This document shows positions 31,448-42,463 of a stretch of DNA of 64,000 nt, one piece after another. The notes beneath the pieces are model-generated. The model did no database searches, was not told the DNA's origin, and saw only the letters and a program-made list of their open reading frames with translations. How positions within the stretch are numbered: the first letter of the stretch is position 1; every line of letters starts with the position of its first letter. Source of the DNA: Wickerhamiella versatilis (Eukaryota). Position numbers and translations under genes: made by a program. The stretch is taken from assembly GCA_030867685.1 (NCBI GenBank), contig JAQOWU010000007.1, positions 1,116,001 through 1,180,000 on the forward strand. Direction: 5' to 3'.

Positions 31448-34400
31448 TTAAGATTCATATCTGTTCCTAGTTGTTAAATCCAGGCTTGGCCACTTTTCAC
31501 TTAGTATGGCCGTTAAATGGTGGCTGAAATGTGAGGGCAATATGAAGGGTAGAGATATCAGACAGGCCAAAATAGCTATCGTAGTGACAAATAATATACC
31601 ATATTTCAGTGCAGTATATCTCCGCTGCCGAGCATACCTTAGCGGAAGTGGAGCAATGGTAAACTCTGGTCGTAACCACAGCAATAGCATTGAATGCGCC
31701 TGATCAACATATGGCATAAGGAGTAATGGGGCTTGTACAGATAGGATAAAGTGAATAGAAATGTAATCAGTGGAGAATTGAGTAGTTTCCAGAGTTTTCG
31801 TAATGAGTTCGATTATGGGGACTACAATAATGTGCCAGCTGATATGAGCACCATGCCACTTTCCTGACCACCATACATCATTGCTTTGACTTGAAGGACG
31901 TTGTCTGGGAAGTATTAGCGTGATTATGACCGTCGAAATGAATCGCTGGAATGCATGTGCTGCCATCATGCCGAGTATTGCATGTCTGATATTCGATCTT
32001 TCAAGAAGCAACATAAGCCACCAGCTTGATATATAACAAAGTACACCAAATATGTGAACAGTTGTTGCCAGTAGATCCTGTACCAGTTTACCTTGAGCTT
32101 CGGGTATATTGCAGAGTGACATTATGAGTGAAATAGGCCAAATTGCTATTAGAGCGCACAAGTTCGTGCAAAAGGGCCACAATGAGACTACTGCCATTCG
32201 TAGACAAGGATTTTGCTGGGGTGATTTCTGATATCGGTATTCTCTTTGTGAGCTAACAAAGCAGTACGGTATAGTCAACGTGGTCATAAGTATGCCAGAA
32301 GTACAAACTTGGCTAATAAAAAGCTTCAATCGAGAAGGGCGAACAAAATCACCTCGATTTCTCTGCTTTAGTCCAACAAACTTTGCATAGCGATGTCTGA
32401 TAAATTTTGACCAAGAGGGCTTGGAAGCATCTGCACGACCAAACCAGTGAACAAGACTTCGGTAATCTGAAAGAAAACTGACCCATGCAAACTGGTGAGG
32501 ATTGTAGATGAATGGGCTCATGCATAATGCGAATGTGGTTACCCAGAACCAGAGATATGCAGGGTGCCACCATGCCATACTAGCAAATAAAAGTATCCCA
32601 AAGCTTTTTAGACCAAAGTAAATACTATCGTCAGCATATGCCTCCCACAATGTGTATGCATGAGATCTTGAAGTAGCAAAGCCACGTCCTGTCGCTACAT
32701 ATTTTGCGCCGCCTACCCCAAGGTCGTTGAGGAAAGAACGAGAGTAAATCCGGGTCACGAAGATTTCAAAAAGCATACTCAATGAGACAAAATGTTTGAC
32801 AATTCTTGTTAAAGAGCGTATTAAGCCTTTCTCAGTGAGTTCTTGAAAAAAAAGAGGTACTATAGAAATGAAGAAAACCACAAATATGGAGAGAACACAG
32901 CGACGTACCCAATCTATAAGCGGTAAGACATTCTTACATCCAGGAGGAAGATGTGGATCTGTGGATAACTGCCCTTTGCGGTACCTGCATAATAATGATA
33001 CGGACGCAATGGAAGAGAGCCAGAGAATTATGACAAGAAAAAAATCGAGAGATATCATGATAAATACGTTGTTCAGGTGAAAACCTGGGTGTGCGTAATA
33101 GAAACTGAAAAAGCGGTCAAATGGCAATTGTGTACCAAGCCAAAAATATTCACGGCTCAACATCTGCTCTCCCATTCCTGCACCGATCTTATATGTAAAA
33201 TTTAGGATTGAGATGAACCCTAAATCTCGACCTTTACCACATTGGTAGTACTCACAATGACGAATTTGACCTCCTCTTACTAGGGCGGTTATGCCAGCAT
33301 AAATGTCCTCATTGAGATGGAGACCTTTTTGAGCCTTAGAAACACCACCTCTTGTTGTCATAAAAACACCATTGAGGAAGTCAGGGTGACCGTAATGTAA
33401 TTTGGCACCTATTTTAGCCAAAGTTCGCGCACTTAAAGTTCCGAAAGTTTGCTCTTTTCCTGCCGCGACATCGCCAAGCACCCCTATCTTTTCGCTGAAA
33501 ATATATTCCCTAGCACCGACAATAGCTACTGTATTTCCGGTAGCAGCTGGGTGATAAGGCTCTCGTGGAAGATGCACTTCTCCGAATTCACTAAGGACAT
33601 TACGGATCTTCAAGCATTCTTCCAAATAATTGTCTTGATTGGCATCTACCAGTTGAATATATTCTCCTCGATAAAAAGGTAGGGCATGATTCTGATTATC
33701 AGATTTTCCGTCTCCTAATATAGGATTTCCGCTTATCTTCATTCTTATACGAGGTTTTCGTCGACCATTTTCGAGAAGAGGGCACCCAGAATCAATTAAG
33801 CTTGAATACCACCCAGTGTTATCTCTGTCGACATATACAATAACAATACCAGGAAAGTTATTGAACAAAAGTTCTACCTGCGACAACTCGTCTTGATCAA
33901 AAGACATGTATTGCTGCATGGCTATTATGATTCTGAACTTTCGGTTAACCAGTTGAGAAACCTCCTTCATATCAGGGTTGGATTCGGCAAATTGAAGAGT
34001 CCTTAGGGCACTTGCATAGTTCATAAATCCTAAAACAGTACGGTAGAGGGTCTGTGCTCGACTAGACACCCAAAGACGTACTCGGTTCGTATCGGACGGG
34101 GATGAACGTGAAAACCCAAGTCGCTGAACAGCTTCTGATACATTTTCATCAATTTCCTGCGAGTAGTATTTTTTCTGTTCTTGTACAAAGCAGTCCCAAT
34201 CTATGGGATTGAGCCGCTGAAGATATTCCAGGATACTAACCCGTGACTGATCATTGTCGATACGTATTGTTTCGCGAAGGTTAAGATATATCTGTTCTTT
34301 ATAATGCGGAATAAGCACGGTGAAAGCTGGCATACTCTTGACTTGCATCGGTTCTGGCATTGGTGTTGACATGGACTGGGCAAAAAAAGATATTCTTCGT

Positions 34401-36505
34401 TCAGCTTCGCAATGAGAATGAAAAATACCCTCTTCTCGTGATCCATCTTCTTGAGCCGTGAAGAAAAGAGGCTCTGGAGCTTTTATAGTATATGCTAGCT
34501 TCTCAGCTTGATCACGAGTCAAGAGGTAACTCTTGTACATGCTTTCAATAATTGTATTCCACAAGATTCTGAGAGAATTGTCACTTGGTGAAGATAGGAG
34601 TTTGGACAACATGCGCTGAGGTAGTCGGGAATATACATTTCGCCAGGGAGTCCATACGGATGCTCCACCAAAAAAAGATATTGTCACAGAAGCTGCTGTA
34701 TTGAATATTACATACCAAAGGTATGTATCAAGGAAGAAGAGTACCATATCTGTAATTATCATCATAGCAAGAATGAGATGCGGAAGGTAGTGGCAAATCA
34801 CGCTCCCCAGGAGCTTATCACCTATACATCTATCCTCAAAGCGCAAGATCGACACCTCGCGGATAGGATCACGTATACTTAAAGTCAAGAAGGAGTAGGA
34901 CTCAGTTAATTTTGCAACAAGGACGAGCAAGGCCATCATCCACGATGCTAATTGGTCATTCCGCGATAGAACTGAGAAATTGGCCGTGAAATAATTATTC
35001 GCCAATAATTTCCGTTCATTCAAGCGATACGTAGAACCAAGTAATTTGTGAGGAGGTTGGAAGCTGAAATATAGGGCATATATTACGGCAATGGAAAAGA
35101 GAACTCCTGACAGAATATTTGGAAATAGCCCTCCAGCACTATTTCCAATAAGATTATACACAGCAGGTCCACCCAAAACGGCAGTCATACCGAATATCAC
35201 GATAAGACGATCTAAAATTGTCCTGCCTCCAGGAAAATTACGTGGAACGAAAATTGCCTCCCCCAATAATGCTATGAGTGAGACAATAGGACCAATAAGC
35301 CCACCGAAACTCATTACTGTCCATCGCACAAAAGCCCTAGGGGCTGTGTCCTCAAGGTAGCTGTAATCGCTAGTATACAGAGTTGGCGAGTTGAAAGCTG
35401 TGTAAAACCAGAACACAGATCCATGAAGTATCCAAATTCGTGAGAAATTTGTTATCAGATGAAGGAAAGTACGGGTCTCCCTAAAACTCTTTTTGAATAC
35501 AGGAGACCAGTTTACATCCCCTAGTTTCAGGAACCATTCGCTTTGAGGGTGATTAACCAACATATTACCGTCATTGGTATGGATTTTTTCTATGCCCTCA
35601 ATATACCAGAAAAGTTGATTCATGTCATCGTAGCCAACGCAGTTCTTATGGTCACGCTCGCGTCGCAGCCACTCTTTATCCGTTTTCTCAAAATTATGCA
35701 TCCGATAACATTCGTAAAGTGGGGTTATCACTCGATCGAGGTAGAAGTGGGTCGGTAAAGTGGGTCGATCATTCGAGATCCAGAAACTACGAGCACATTT
35801 GAATATGAAACATAAACATTCGGGCATGAAACGCATCTGATTTGCCTCTGTCCATATGAATAGCCATATTATGAGATCATCAAGGCGCTGGATATCCGGA
35901 AGTGTGACCATTTCATCATCGAATTTCTGTTGAGATTCCTTCAACGTTAGTGGCTCACTTACCTTTTCACCAATTTCTACAAATTCACAGTTATCCAGCC
36001 TGTCCATCTGTGAAGCAAAATACCATTTTCGATAATTTGCACGGGGACCACCAATATAGTCTGCATGAAGGGTTCTTAGAGCAGTCGCGGCCTCACTACG
36101 ACTAGCCCGCGAGTCCAATTGACTCATCAAAAGCTCAAATACATTAATTGAGGCAGCAAATTGGAAATTAAATGTTTTGCATATGTCATTGACCCGGGCA
36201 GCAATCTCATCAACTGTGAATGGCACACTTTCTTTCTGGGTAGGCTGATGAAGGAACTTAGAAAAGGATTCCCTTTCCTTGTTCAAGCATTCTTTGCGTG
36301 TGGAGCCACCATCACTCCATCCTGGGTAACTCTCTTCGTTCCAATGTATGTTTTTTGTGAGCCTGGATGGAATTGGCTGCCCGGATTCATCAACCTCGCA
36401 CGCATCTGCGAAGAGGCCAGGTGTTACGACCGGTGTTGTTTCGTTATTCGACTCCACATCCCATCGCAAAGACTCGAACTCATAATATTCACCACTGTAA
36501 GGCAT
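31448..36505 (-). CDS. 1,3-beta-glucan synthase (FKS family, GT48), divergent paralogue with short N-terminus
   Basis: ADYIGGPRANYRKWYFA, GYDDMNQLFWY, EAERRISFFAQS, GNPILGDGKSDNQNH, QLVDANQDNYLEECLKIR, KLHYGHPDF, GLHLNEDIYAG, QCGKGRDLGF; hot-spot 1 FLTLSIRDP. First ATG at 36505. Confidence 0.95.
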   Translation of the reverse strand: MPYSGEYYEFESLRWDVESNNETTPVVTPGLFADACEVDESGQPIPSRLTKNIHWNEESYPGWSDGGSTRKECLNKERESFSKFLHQPTQKESVPFTVDEIAARVNDICKTFNFQFAASINVFELLMSQLDSRASRSEAATALRTLHADYIGGPRANYRKWYFASQMDRLDNCEFVEIGEKVSEPLTLKESQQKFDDEMVTLPDIQRLDDLIIWLFIWTEANQMRFMPECLCFIFKCARSFWISNDRPTLPTHFYLDRVITPLYECYRMHNFEKTDKEWLRRERDHKNCVGYDDMNQLFWYIEGIEKIHTNDGNMLVNHPQSEWFLKLGDVNWSPVFKKSFRETRTFLHLITNFSRIWILHGSVFWFYTAFNSPTLYTSDYSYLEDTAPRAFVRWTVMSFGGLIGPIVSLIALLGEAIFVPRNFPGGRTILDRLIVIFGMTAVLGGPAVYNLIGNSAGGLFPNILSGVLFSIAVIYALYFSFQPPHKLLGSTYRLNERKLLANNYFTANFSVLSRNDQLASWMMALLVLVAKLTESYSFLTLSIRDPIREVSILRFEDRCIGDKLLGSVICHYLPHLILAMMIITDMVLFFLDTYLWYVIFNTAASVTISFFGGASVWTPWRNVYSRLPQRMLSKLLSSPSDNSLRILWNTIIESMYKSYLLTRDQAEKLAYTIKAPEPLFFTAQEDGSREEGIFHSHCEAERRISFFAQSMSTPMPEPMQVKSMPAFTVLIPHYKEQIYLNLRETIRIDNDQSRVSILEYLQRLNPIDWDCFVQEQKKYYSQEIDENVSEAVQRLGFSRSSPSDTNRVRLWVSSRAQTLYRTVLGFMNYASALRTLQFAESNPDMKEVSQLVNRKFRIIIAMQQYMSFDQDELSQVELLFNNFPGIVIVYVDRDNTGWYSSLIDSGCPLLENGRRKPRIRMKISGNPILGDGKSDNQNHALPFYRGEYIQLVDANQDNYLEECLKIRNVLSEFGEVHLPREPYHPAATGNTVAIVGAREYIFSEKIGVLGDVAAGKEQTFGTLSARTLAKIGAKLHYGHPDFLNGVFMTTRGGVSKAQKGLHLNEDIYAGITALVRGGQIRHCEYYQCGKGRDLGFISILNFTYKIGAGMGEQMLSREYFWLGTQLPFDRFFSFYYAHPGFHLNNVFIMISLDFFLVIILWLSSIASVSLLCRYRKGQLSTDPHLPPGCKNVLPLIDWVRRCVLSIFVVFFISIVPLFFQELTEKGLIRSLTRIVKHFVSLSMLFEIFVTRIYSRSFLNDLGVGGAKYVATGRGFATSRSHAYTLWEAYADDSIYFGLKSFGILLFASMAWWHPAYLWFWVTTFALCMSPFIYNPHQFAWVSFLSDYRSLVHWFGRADASKPSWSKFIRHRYAKFVGLKQRNRGDFVRPSRLKLFISQVCTSGILMTTLTIPYCFVSSQREYRYQKSPQQNPCLRMAVVSLWPFCTNLCALIAIWPISLIMSLCNIPEAQGKLVQDLLATTVHIFGVLCYISSWWLMLLLERSNIRHAILGMMAAHAFQRFISTVIITLILPRQRPSSQSNDVWWSGKWHGAHISWHIIVVPIIELITKTLETTQFSTDYISIHFILSVQAPLLLMPYVDQAHSMLLLWLRPEFTIAPLPLRYARQRRYTALKYGILFVTTIAILACLISLPFILPSHFSHHLTAILSEKWPSLDLTTRNRYES

Positions 36506-36802
36506 ATTTTGCAACACTGCGCGCGCACAAAATCTGCAATTAGTATATCAAGGTTAGGGCAACAAGTGGCACCGTTGCGTCGGGTACATGCTTCACTATG
36601 TGACATTTGTTAAAGTCGAAAATAAGTGTTAGAATAAGAACAACTTTATCATCAGCTCACAAAACAGAATTAAGTCTATCTATTCCTCGGTTTTAGTGCA
36701 ATGAATGATATAGCCTGGCAGGTCGCATTAAATAACGAGCTGGTTCCACTATATGTATGCATAAATAACTACTGTACAGGGTTTTATTTTCCTTATTATT
36801 CA

Positions 36803-36918
36803 TTATTTTTAGTTCGTCATGTGAAATCTTGAAGAGTGCAAGAACCAAAAACTTCTTGTCACTTGTTGATGTACCTACGTCACAGTCAGCCCAGCCCGTA
36901 CCCATAAATTATTTTTAG
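36803..36918. promoter_or_regulatory. Two Rlm1/MEF2-type boxes (TTATTTTTAG at 36803-36812 and 36909-36918) in the FKS / chitin synthase bidirectional promoter
   Basis: Both match YTA(W)4TAG; AT-rich motif, so chance occurrence is possible. Confidence 0.4.
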
Positions 36919-37089
36919 ACATGGACATATCAACAGAACTGTAGTGTTTTTCTTGTAGACAAAAGTTTTGACGTACTATCTAGTTCTAAAAACAGAAAAT
37001 TTTTCCTAAAATTCGAGCTGAAACATGCGGAAGTATCTGCATGCCTAGCTGAATTTGTATTTGTAAACAACGCGTGAGGGTGTATCTAC

Positions 37090-40000
37090 ATGGTGCTGGC
37101 TGCCGACCTTAGCACCTTGCCGTCGAGTGCAATCAACCCCCATGGGATAACAACTCATCTCGCTAGTCGATACCATCAGGGCCTGCCCTTCAGCACTCTA
37201 TCAACTCGATCCCTGGTTGCCATTAATACTTTTGTCGAAGTGGATGTAAATCAAGAACAGGTTTTCAAGGATCTTGCGGCACGAGTGGAAAATAGAATGC
37301 GGGTCCGGCATGAAAGTCAGTCAGTTGTTTATCTTGGGGAATCAGGCTCAGGGAAATCAGAGTTTGCCGCCGTACTCTATCGCAATCTCCTAATTCTATC
37401 TGGAAATCCATTGGCATGCAGATTACGTTCTGTTCAACCAGTTATAGATAGTTTTGCATGTGCCAAAACCTCCCTGAGTTTGAACTCCTCGCGCTGTGGA
37501 TTTATTCGTGAGCTTCAGTATGATGATCAAGGCACCTTAATTGGTGGCGCTCTATTTGATTTTAAACTTGAGTCACGTCGCGTGACAAAGGTTGGCACAA
37601 ATGAGCGAAACTTTCATATCTTTTATTACATGGTTAATGGCCTCAGCGATGCAGAAAGATATCATCTTCAGCTCGGTGGTTCCTCATTCCGATACTTAGG
37701 ACACCCGTCCCAACATAGACTTTCAGGTGTGGATGATCGTATGAGATTCAAGGAACTCAAGCTAGCTCTTTATAACCTGGGATTTTCTCGACAAGACGTG
37801 GCCAACATTTTCCAGGTTTTGGCAGCGGTACTCCATTTAGGTGAAATACAGTTCAAGCCTGCCTCAGCTGAGTCTAGTACTGGGATCGTGGAAATTGCCA
37901 ATCCAGACATAGTCGAACTAGTTGCGCAGTTTTTGGGGGTTGATACCGATGAACTAGTTTCAACTTTAGTAGCACGCACAACCGTTATTAAAAACGATCG
38001 AGTAACTGTCGTCTCTGACCAACGTGGTGCGCGTGCAAATGCAGACGCATTAGCTCGTACGCTTTATACCCTTCTTTTTTCATTTATAATGTCAAGAGTC
38101 AACAACTCCTTGGCCGGGGAAGCAGATGATCCTTCCATTCAAAGTACAATCTCTGTTGTCGACTTTCCAGGATTCGTGGCTCCTCAAAATAGTAATTTTG
38201 ATCGTCTTTTATGGAATACCGCTAACGAATTTCTGTATAATTTTATGTTGCATGCATACTTTACTGATGTTGACGATGCGCTGGGTGCTGAAGATGTAAA
38301 ATTGCCCACAACGGAATATTTTGACAATAAGGATGCAATCAAGGATCTGGGTCGTCCTCAATCAGGATTGCTTAGCGTTATTCAGGATTACGCCATGAAT
38401 GAAAGAGATGAAGCTCAACTGTCCACATCTCTTCAGCGACGATTTGCTAAAAGCCCTATAGTGGTGCCAGGACCACATAATTTCACTATTTCTCATTATG
38501 GCGGCGAGGCTTCTTACAGGATACCAGGATTACTGGAGGATGCTAAAGAGCACTTGAGCAGCGATATAATAGGTCTGCTGGCCGGAAGCTTATCGTCGCC
38601 TTTTCTCAGGGAAGTGTTTCAAGCGTCAGCAGTAGTAGATGATACATTCGAGGAAACACCGGTAGCTGCACATGTGCCCTCACAGCCACGGCGTCAGCTT
38701 ACCGTCAGGCGAAATGGTTCTATACGGAGACATGACTCCCAAAGGTACCGGGTTGCCAAAGAGATTCAGGGCAATTCAAAACTTCGTCCAAAAGTGAATA
38801 ACTTTGTTTTTAGTCTTGACCGTGCCATATGTGCTTTAGAAGAGGCAAATTCTTATTTTGTGCTTTGTCTCAAACCGAATGATAGCCGATTGGTATCATC
38901 TTTGGATGCCCGTACGGTGCGGCAACAGGTGAGCGCCTTGGGTATTCCTGAGCTGGCCAAACGTACAAAAACTTGCGATCTCACTATTTTCATGACATTC
39001 CATGAGTATTTGAGCCATGTTGAGGTAGAAACAGACACAAATGAGTTAGAGCGTGACCAGGTATTAGCGATTGCGCATCGACAAGGCTGGCCTGAGCGCG
39101 ACCTGAGAGTCGGAACTACCGGGGTTTTTTTGAGTGAGAATGCATGGCTTCAGCTTGTTGACCCACAATTAAGCTTCGCTGATGATGCTGCACATCGATA
39201 TGCCAGAGGAAGTAACACTTTGAACTCTGATGTTGACACCAAGAGCCTTGCTGGCGGATTTGGCAATATGTTCTATACTCAGTTGCAGGGTACTGAGAAT
39301 GAAAAGCCGAAAGACATACTTGATACCTCAGACTATACCACACCCCAGCAAGAATCTCCTGAACGTAAGCGCTGGTTATGGATTGTGTGGGCATACACTT
39401 GGTGGTTCCCAAGTTTTCTTCTCAAAACTCTGGGAAAAATGCGTTTTAAGTCTGTAAGGCTCGCATGGCGTGAGAAATTTGCAATAAACCTGATTATATG
39501 GGGAATATGTGCCGGATCATGTCTGCTTCTGATTGCGCTACCATACCTTATATGTCCCTTGCAGGATGTAATGTCGAGTGGGCAATTAGCGGAGTATTCC
39601 TCCAAAAATGATAAGGTCTACACGTCAATTCGAGGAATAGTCTATGACATTACGGAGTTCGCTAATACCCACTATCCCTCAATCATCCCAAACGATGATA
39701 TTTTAGACTATGGTGGGAAGGATTCTAGCGATCTTTTTCCCGTTCAGATCAGCGCAGTATGTTCGGGTGTAAATGGCTCAATGAGTCCTCAAATCGTACT
39801 GGGTGATCCGAACAATTATACCGATTCAAATGCGAAGTATCATGACTTTCGCTATTTCACCAATGACTTTCGACCAGACTGGTATCTGCAGCATATGGAG
39901 TTTTTCAACCGAAACTACCGCAAGAGCTATATTGGATACACCCCGAAAGAGGTCTACAACCTAGTCGACAAACATCAGCGTGCAGTAGTATCTTTAGATG

Positions 40001-42123
40001 GCTATGTCTATGATCTTACGGATTATGTGAATGGAAATGTATATGCGAAAGCGCCGCAAGGAGAGGATACTTCTAGCGATGCAGATACGTCTTTCATGGA
40101 CTCCTCTTTAGTGCAGCTATTTCAAGAACATTTGGGAAAGGACGTTACAAACAAGTATAAGCAGCTCAGTTTGGATGATCAGATGCGCTCAAGGATGAAC
40201 AGGTGTCTACGTAACGTATTTATGATTGGCAAGCTGGATACGCAGGGATCTGCGCGCTGTATGTTTGCAAGGTACTTCTTGCTGGGAATGACATGTATTG
40301 TTGTGCTGATTATCTGTATTAAGTTTTTAGCTGCATTACAGTTTGGGTCTTTTCAGTATCCTGACGACATTGACCGGTTTGTGATTTGCCAGGTTCCAGC
40401 ATATACTGAGGATGAGAATGCATTGCGCCGAGCAATTGATTCTCTTGCGCGGACCAAATATGATGACAAGCGTAAGCTTCTTGTCGTTATATGTGATGGT
40501 ATGATTGTTGGAGCTGGAAATGAAAGGTCAACACCTCGCATCGTTCTTGATATACTGGGATCGCCTCCAGATGTAGATCCACCTGCATATAGTTTTGAGT
40601 CTTTGGGCGAAGGTGATAAGCAACATAATATGGCAAAGGTCTACACAGGACTCTATGAAGTAGGGGGCCATATTGTTCCTTACATGGTGATTGTGAAGGT
40701 TGGTAAGCCTACAGAAGGATTCAGACCAGGAAACAGAGGTAAAAGAGATTCTCAAATGCTACTGATGCGGTTTTTTAACCGTGTACACTATGGCGCACCC
40801 ATGTCTCCTCTAGAGTTGGAGCTATATCATCAGATTCAAAATGTCATCGGGATAAATCCTTCTCATTACGAGTTCTTAATGCAGGTTGATGCTGATACTA
40901 TGGTTTCACCCGAATCAATTTCCCAATTAGCTGGTAAGTTGATCCAAGACCAACGCATTCAGGCAGTTTGTGGAGAGACAGAACTTTCGAATGCTCGTCA
41001 CTCGATAACTACAATGATCCAAGTCTACGAGTATTTTATCAGCCACAATTTGGCCAAGGCGTTCGAATCCCTATTTGGAACTGTTACTTGTTTGCCTGGA
41101 TGCTTCACCCTTTATAGGCTTTATGATCGGTCTTCAGGAAGACCAATTCTAGTCTCTCACCCTATTATTGAAAAATACTCTGAGAATGAGGTGAACACAC
41201 TTCATATGAAGAATTTACTGCATTTGGGTGAGGATCGGTATCTTACCACTCTACTATTGAAGCATAATCCCAAATACTCCACAAAGTACCTCAGGCATGC
41301 ACATGCGTATACAATCGCGCCAGATTCTTGGGCCGTTCTTTTAAGTCAACGTCGTCGTTGGATTAATTCGACTGTCCATAACTTGGTAGAACTTGTGCCG
41401 ATGAGTGAGATGTGTGGATTTTGCTGCTTCAGTATGCGTTTCATTGTGCTCATTGATCTCTTATCAACTTTCGTACAGCCAGTAACTTTGGCTTATATTG
41501 CATATTTGATATACCTTTGCGTAAGTCGTCCTGGTACAATACCTTACACGTCAATAGCACTCATCGGAGCTATATACGGCTTGCAAGCTCTCATATTTAT
41601 TTTCAGGCTGAAATGGGAGATGATAGGCTGGATGCTTGTGTATATTCTAGCTTTGCCAATCCACTCATTGGCTCTGCCTCTTTATTCTTTCTGGCACATG
41701 GATGATGTTTCTTGGGGTAATACACGAGTTGTCACAGGGGAAAGCGGTCAACAAATTCTAGTAAGCGATGAGGGACAGTACGACCCGACAGAAATTCCGT
41801 TGAAACAATGGGTAGACCATGAAGCAGAAACCTGGGCAACAGGTGAAGACTCCTCTATGACTTTTGAGGAAGAAAATACGTCCCGACGTCAATCCTTTGA
41901 TTCATCTACTCAAGCATCGGAAAAGGTTCTTATTGAGAAATACGCCCCTACTGATGAAGAGATATCTTCAGTAGTTCGCAAAATACTTTCCTCAGGCGAC
42001 CTTACTCGAATCACTAAACGCAGTGTTAGGGCGGAGCTTGAGCAACACTTTGACTGTAGTTTAAGGGATCGTAAGGAGTATATTTCTTCCGTTATTGAGG
42101 CAATTCTATCAGGAAATCTCTGA
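37090..42123 (+). CDS. Class V chitin synthase with N-terminal myosin motor-like domain (CsmA/Mcs1 type)
   Basis: P-loop GESGSGKS, NSSRCG, ERNFHIFYY, DFPGF; cytochrome-b5-like segments; catalytic PGNRGKRDSQ, QVYEYFISH, TCLPGCF, LGEDRYLT, SQRRRWINS; C-terminal DEK_C-like domain. Confidence 0.95.
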   Translation: MVLAADLSTLPSSAINPHGITTHLASRYHQGLPFSTLSTRSLVAINTFVEVDVNQEQVFKDLAARVENRMRVRHESQSVVYLGESGSGKSEFAAVLYRNLLILSGNPLACRLRSVQPVIDSFACAKTSLSLNSSRCGFIRELQYDDQGTLIGGALFDFKLESRRVTKVGTNERNFHIFYYMVNGLSDAERYHLQLGGSSFRYLGHPSQHRLSGVDDRMRFKELKLALYNLGFSRQDVANIFQVLAAVLHLGEIQFKPASAESSTGIVEIANPDIVELVAQFLGVDTDELVSTLVARTTVIKNDRVTVVSDQRGARANADALARTLYTLLFSFIMSRVNNSLAGEADDPSIQSTISVVDFPGFVAPQNSNFDRLLWNTANEFLYNFMLHAYFTDVDDALGAEDVKLPTTEYFDNKDAIKDLGRPQSGLLSVIQDYAMNERDEAQLSTSLQRRFAKSPIVVPGPHNFTISHYGGEASYRIPGLLEDAKEHLSSDIIGLLAGSLSSPFLREVFQASAVVDDTFEETPVAAHVPSQPRRQLTVRRNGSIRRHDSQRYRVAKEIQGNSKLRPKVNNFVFSLDRAICALEEANSYFVLCLKPNDSRLVSSLDARTVRQQVSALGIPELAKRTKTCDLTIFMTFHEYLSHVEVETDTNELERDQVLAIAHRQGWPERDLRVGTTGVFLSENAWLQLVDPQLSFADDAAHRYARGSNTLNSDVDTKSLAGGFGNMFYTQLQGTENEKPKDILDTSDYTTPQQESPERKRWLWIVWAYTWWFPSFLLKTLGKMRFKSVRLAWREKFAINLIIWGICAGSCLLLIALPYLICPLQDVMSSGQLAEYSSKNDKVYTSIRGIVYDITEFANTHYPSIIPNDDILDYGGKDSSDLFPVQISAVCSGVNGSMSPQIVLGDPNNYTDSNAKYHDFRYFTNDFRPDWYLQHMEFFNRNYRKSYIGYTPKEVYNLVDKHQRAVVSLDGYVYDLTDYVNGNVYAKAPQGEDTSSDADTSFMDSSLVQLFQEHLGKDVTNKYKQLSLDDQMRSRMNRCLRNVFMIGKLDTQGSARCMFARYFLLGMTCIVVLIICIKFLAALQFGSFQYPDDIDRFVICQVPAYTEDENALRRAIDSLARTKYDDKRKLLVVICDGMIVGAGNERSTPRIVLDILGSPPDVDPPAYSFESLGEGDKQHNMAKVYTGLYEVGGHIVPYMVIVKVGKPTEGFRPGNRGKRDSQMLLMRFFNRVHYGAPMSPLELELYHQIQNVIGINPSHYEFLMQVDADTMVSPESISQLAGKLIQDQRIQAVCGETELSNARHSITTMIQVYEYFISHNLAKAFESLFGTVTCLPGCFTLYRLYDRSSGRPILVSHPIIEKYSENEVNTLHMKNLLHLGEDRYLTTLLLKHNPKYSTKYLRHAHAYTIAPDSWAVLLSQRRRWINSTVHNLVELVPMSEMCGFCCFSMRFIVLIDLLSTFVQPVTLAYIAYLIYLCVSRPGTIPYTSIALIGAIYGLQALIFIFRLKWEMIGWMLVYILALPIHSLALPLYSFWHMDDVSWGNTRVVTGESGQQILVSDEGQYDPTEIPLKQWVDHEAETWATGEDSSMTFEEENTSRRQSFDSSTQASEKVLIEKYAPTDEEISSVVRKILSSGDLTRITKRSVRAELEQHFDCSLRDRKEYISSVIEAILSGNL

Positions 42124-42325
42124 TTAGCACGGCATCGCTAAGCTAATTAAAGATGAGGACTTTATTCTGTACTTACCTGGTATTCAAGATACGATTTTCT
42201 TAGAAAAAAAGTAACAAATATTTAGGCATCTTAAACACTCTATCAGATAGTATCAATCAGAGATTATTAGCATTGAGTGCATGCTAGAAAGCTAGACACA
42301 GTATGTTTTATTCGTTATTTATTAT

Positions 42326-42463
42326 GAGTCCACAATAAGACGGGCCTCGCCAAAATAGTTTGGGATTCCTATATGAAATACTGTGGGTTTAGACGAATAT
42401 CCAAAATCACGTGGGCATTTAATCGTGTTATTTCCCTCATCAAACACCCAGTGCTTAATATAT
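42326..42463 (+). ncRNA. Possible H/ACA-like structured RNA inside an intron-like segment (42301-42503)
   Basis: Stem GAGTCCACAATA(42326-37)/TACTGTGGGTTT(42379-90) followed directly by AGACGA (ANANNA); second hairpin GGGCATT/AGTGCTT with GTGTT/AACAC; flanked by GTATGT and GCTAAC...CAG. Confidence 0.3.

Noticed and set aside
42170-42180. TACTTACCTGG resembling the U1 snRNA 5' end
   Set aside because: No U1-70K loop, loop II or Sm site follows on +. It equally reads as a chance CAG|GTAAGT on the minus strand.
42385-42455. 9-11 nt identities to 25S rRNA (TGGGTTTAGAC, CCCAGTGCT) suggesting minus-strand C/D guides
   Set aside because: Neither is followed by a D/D' box, and matches this short can arise by chance.
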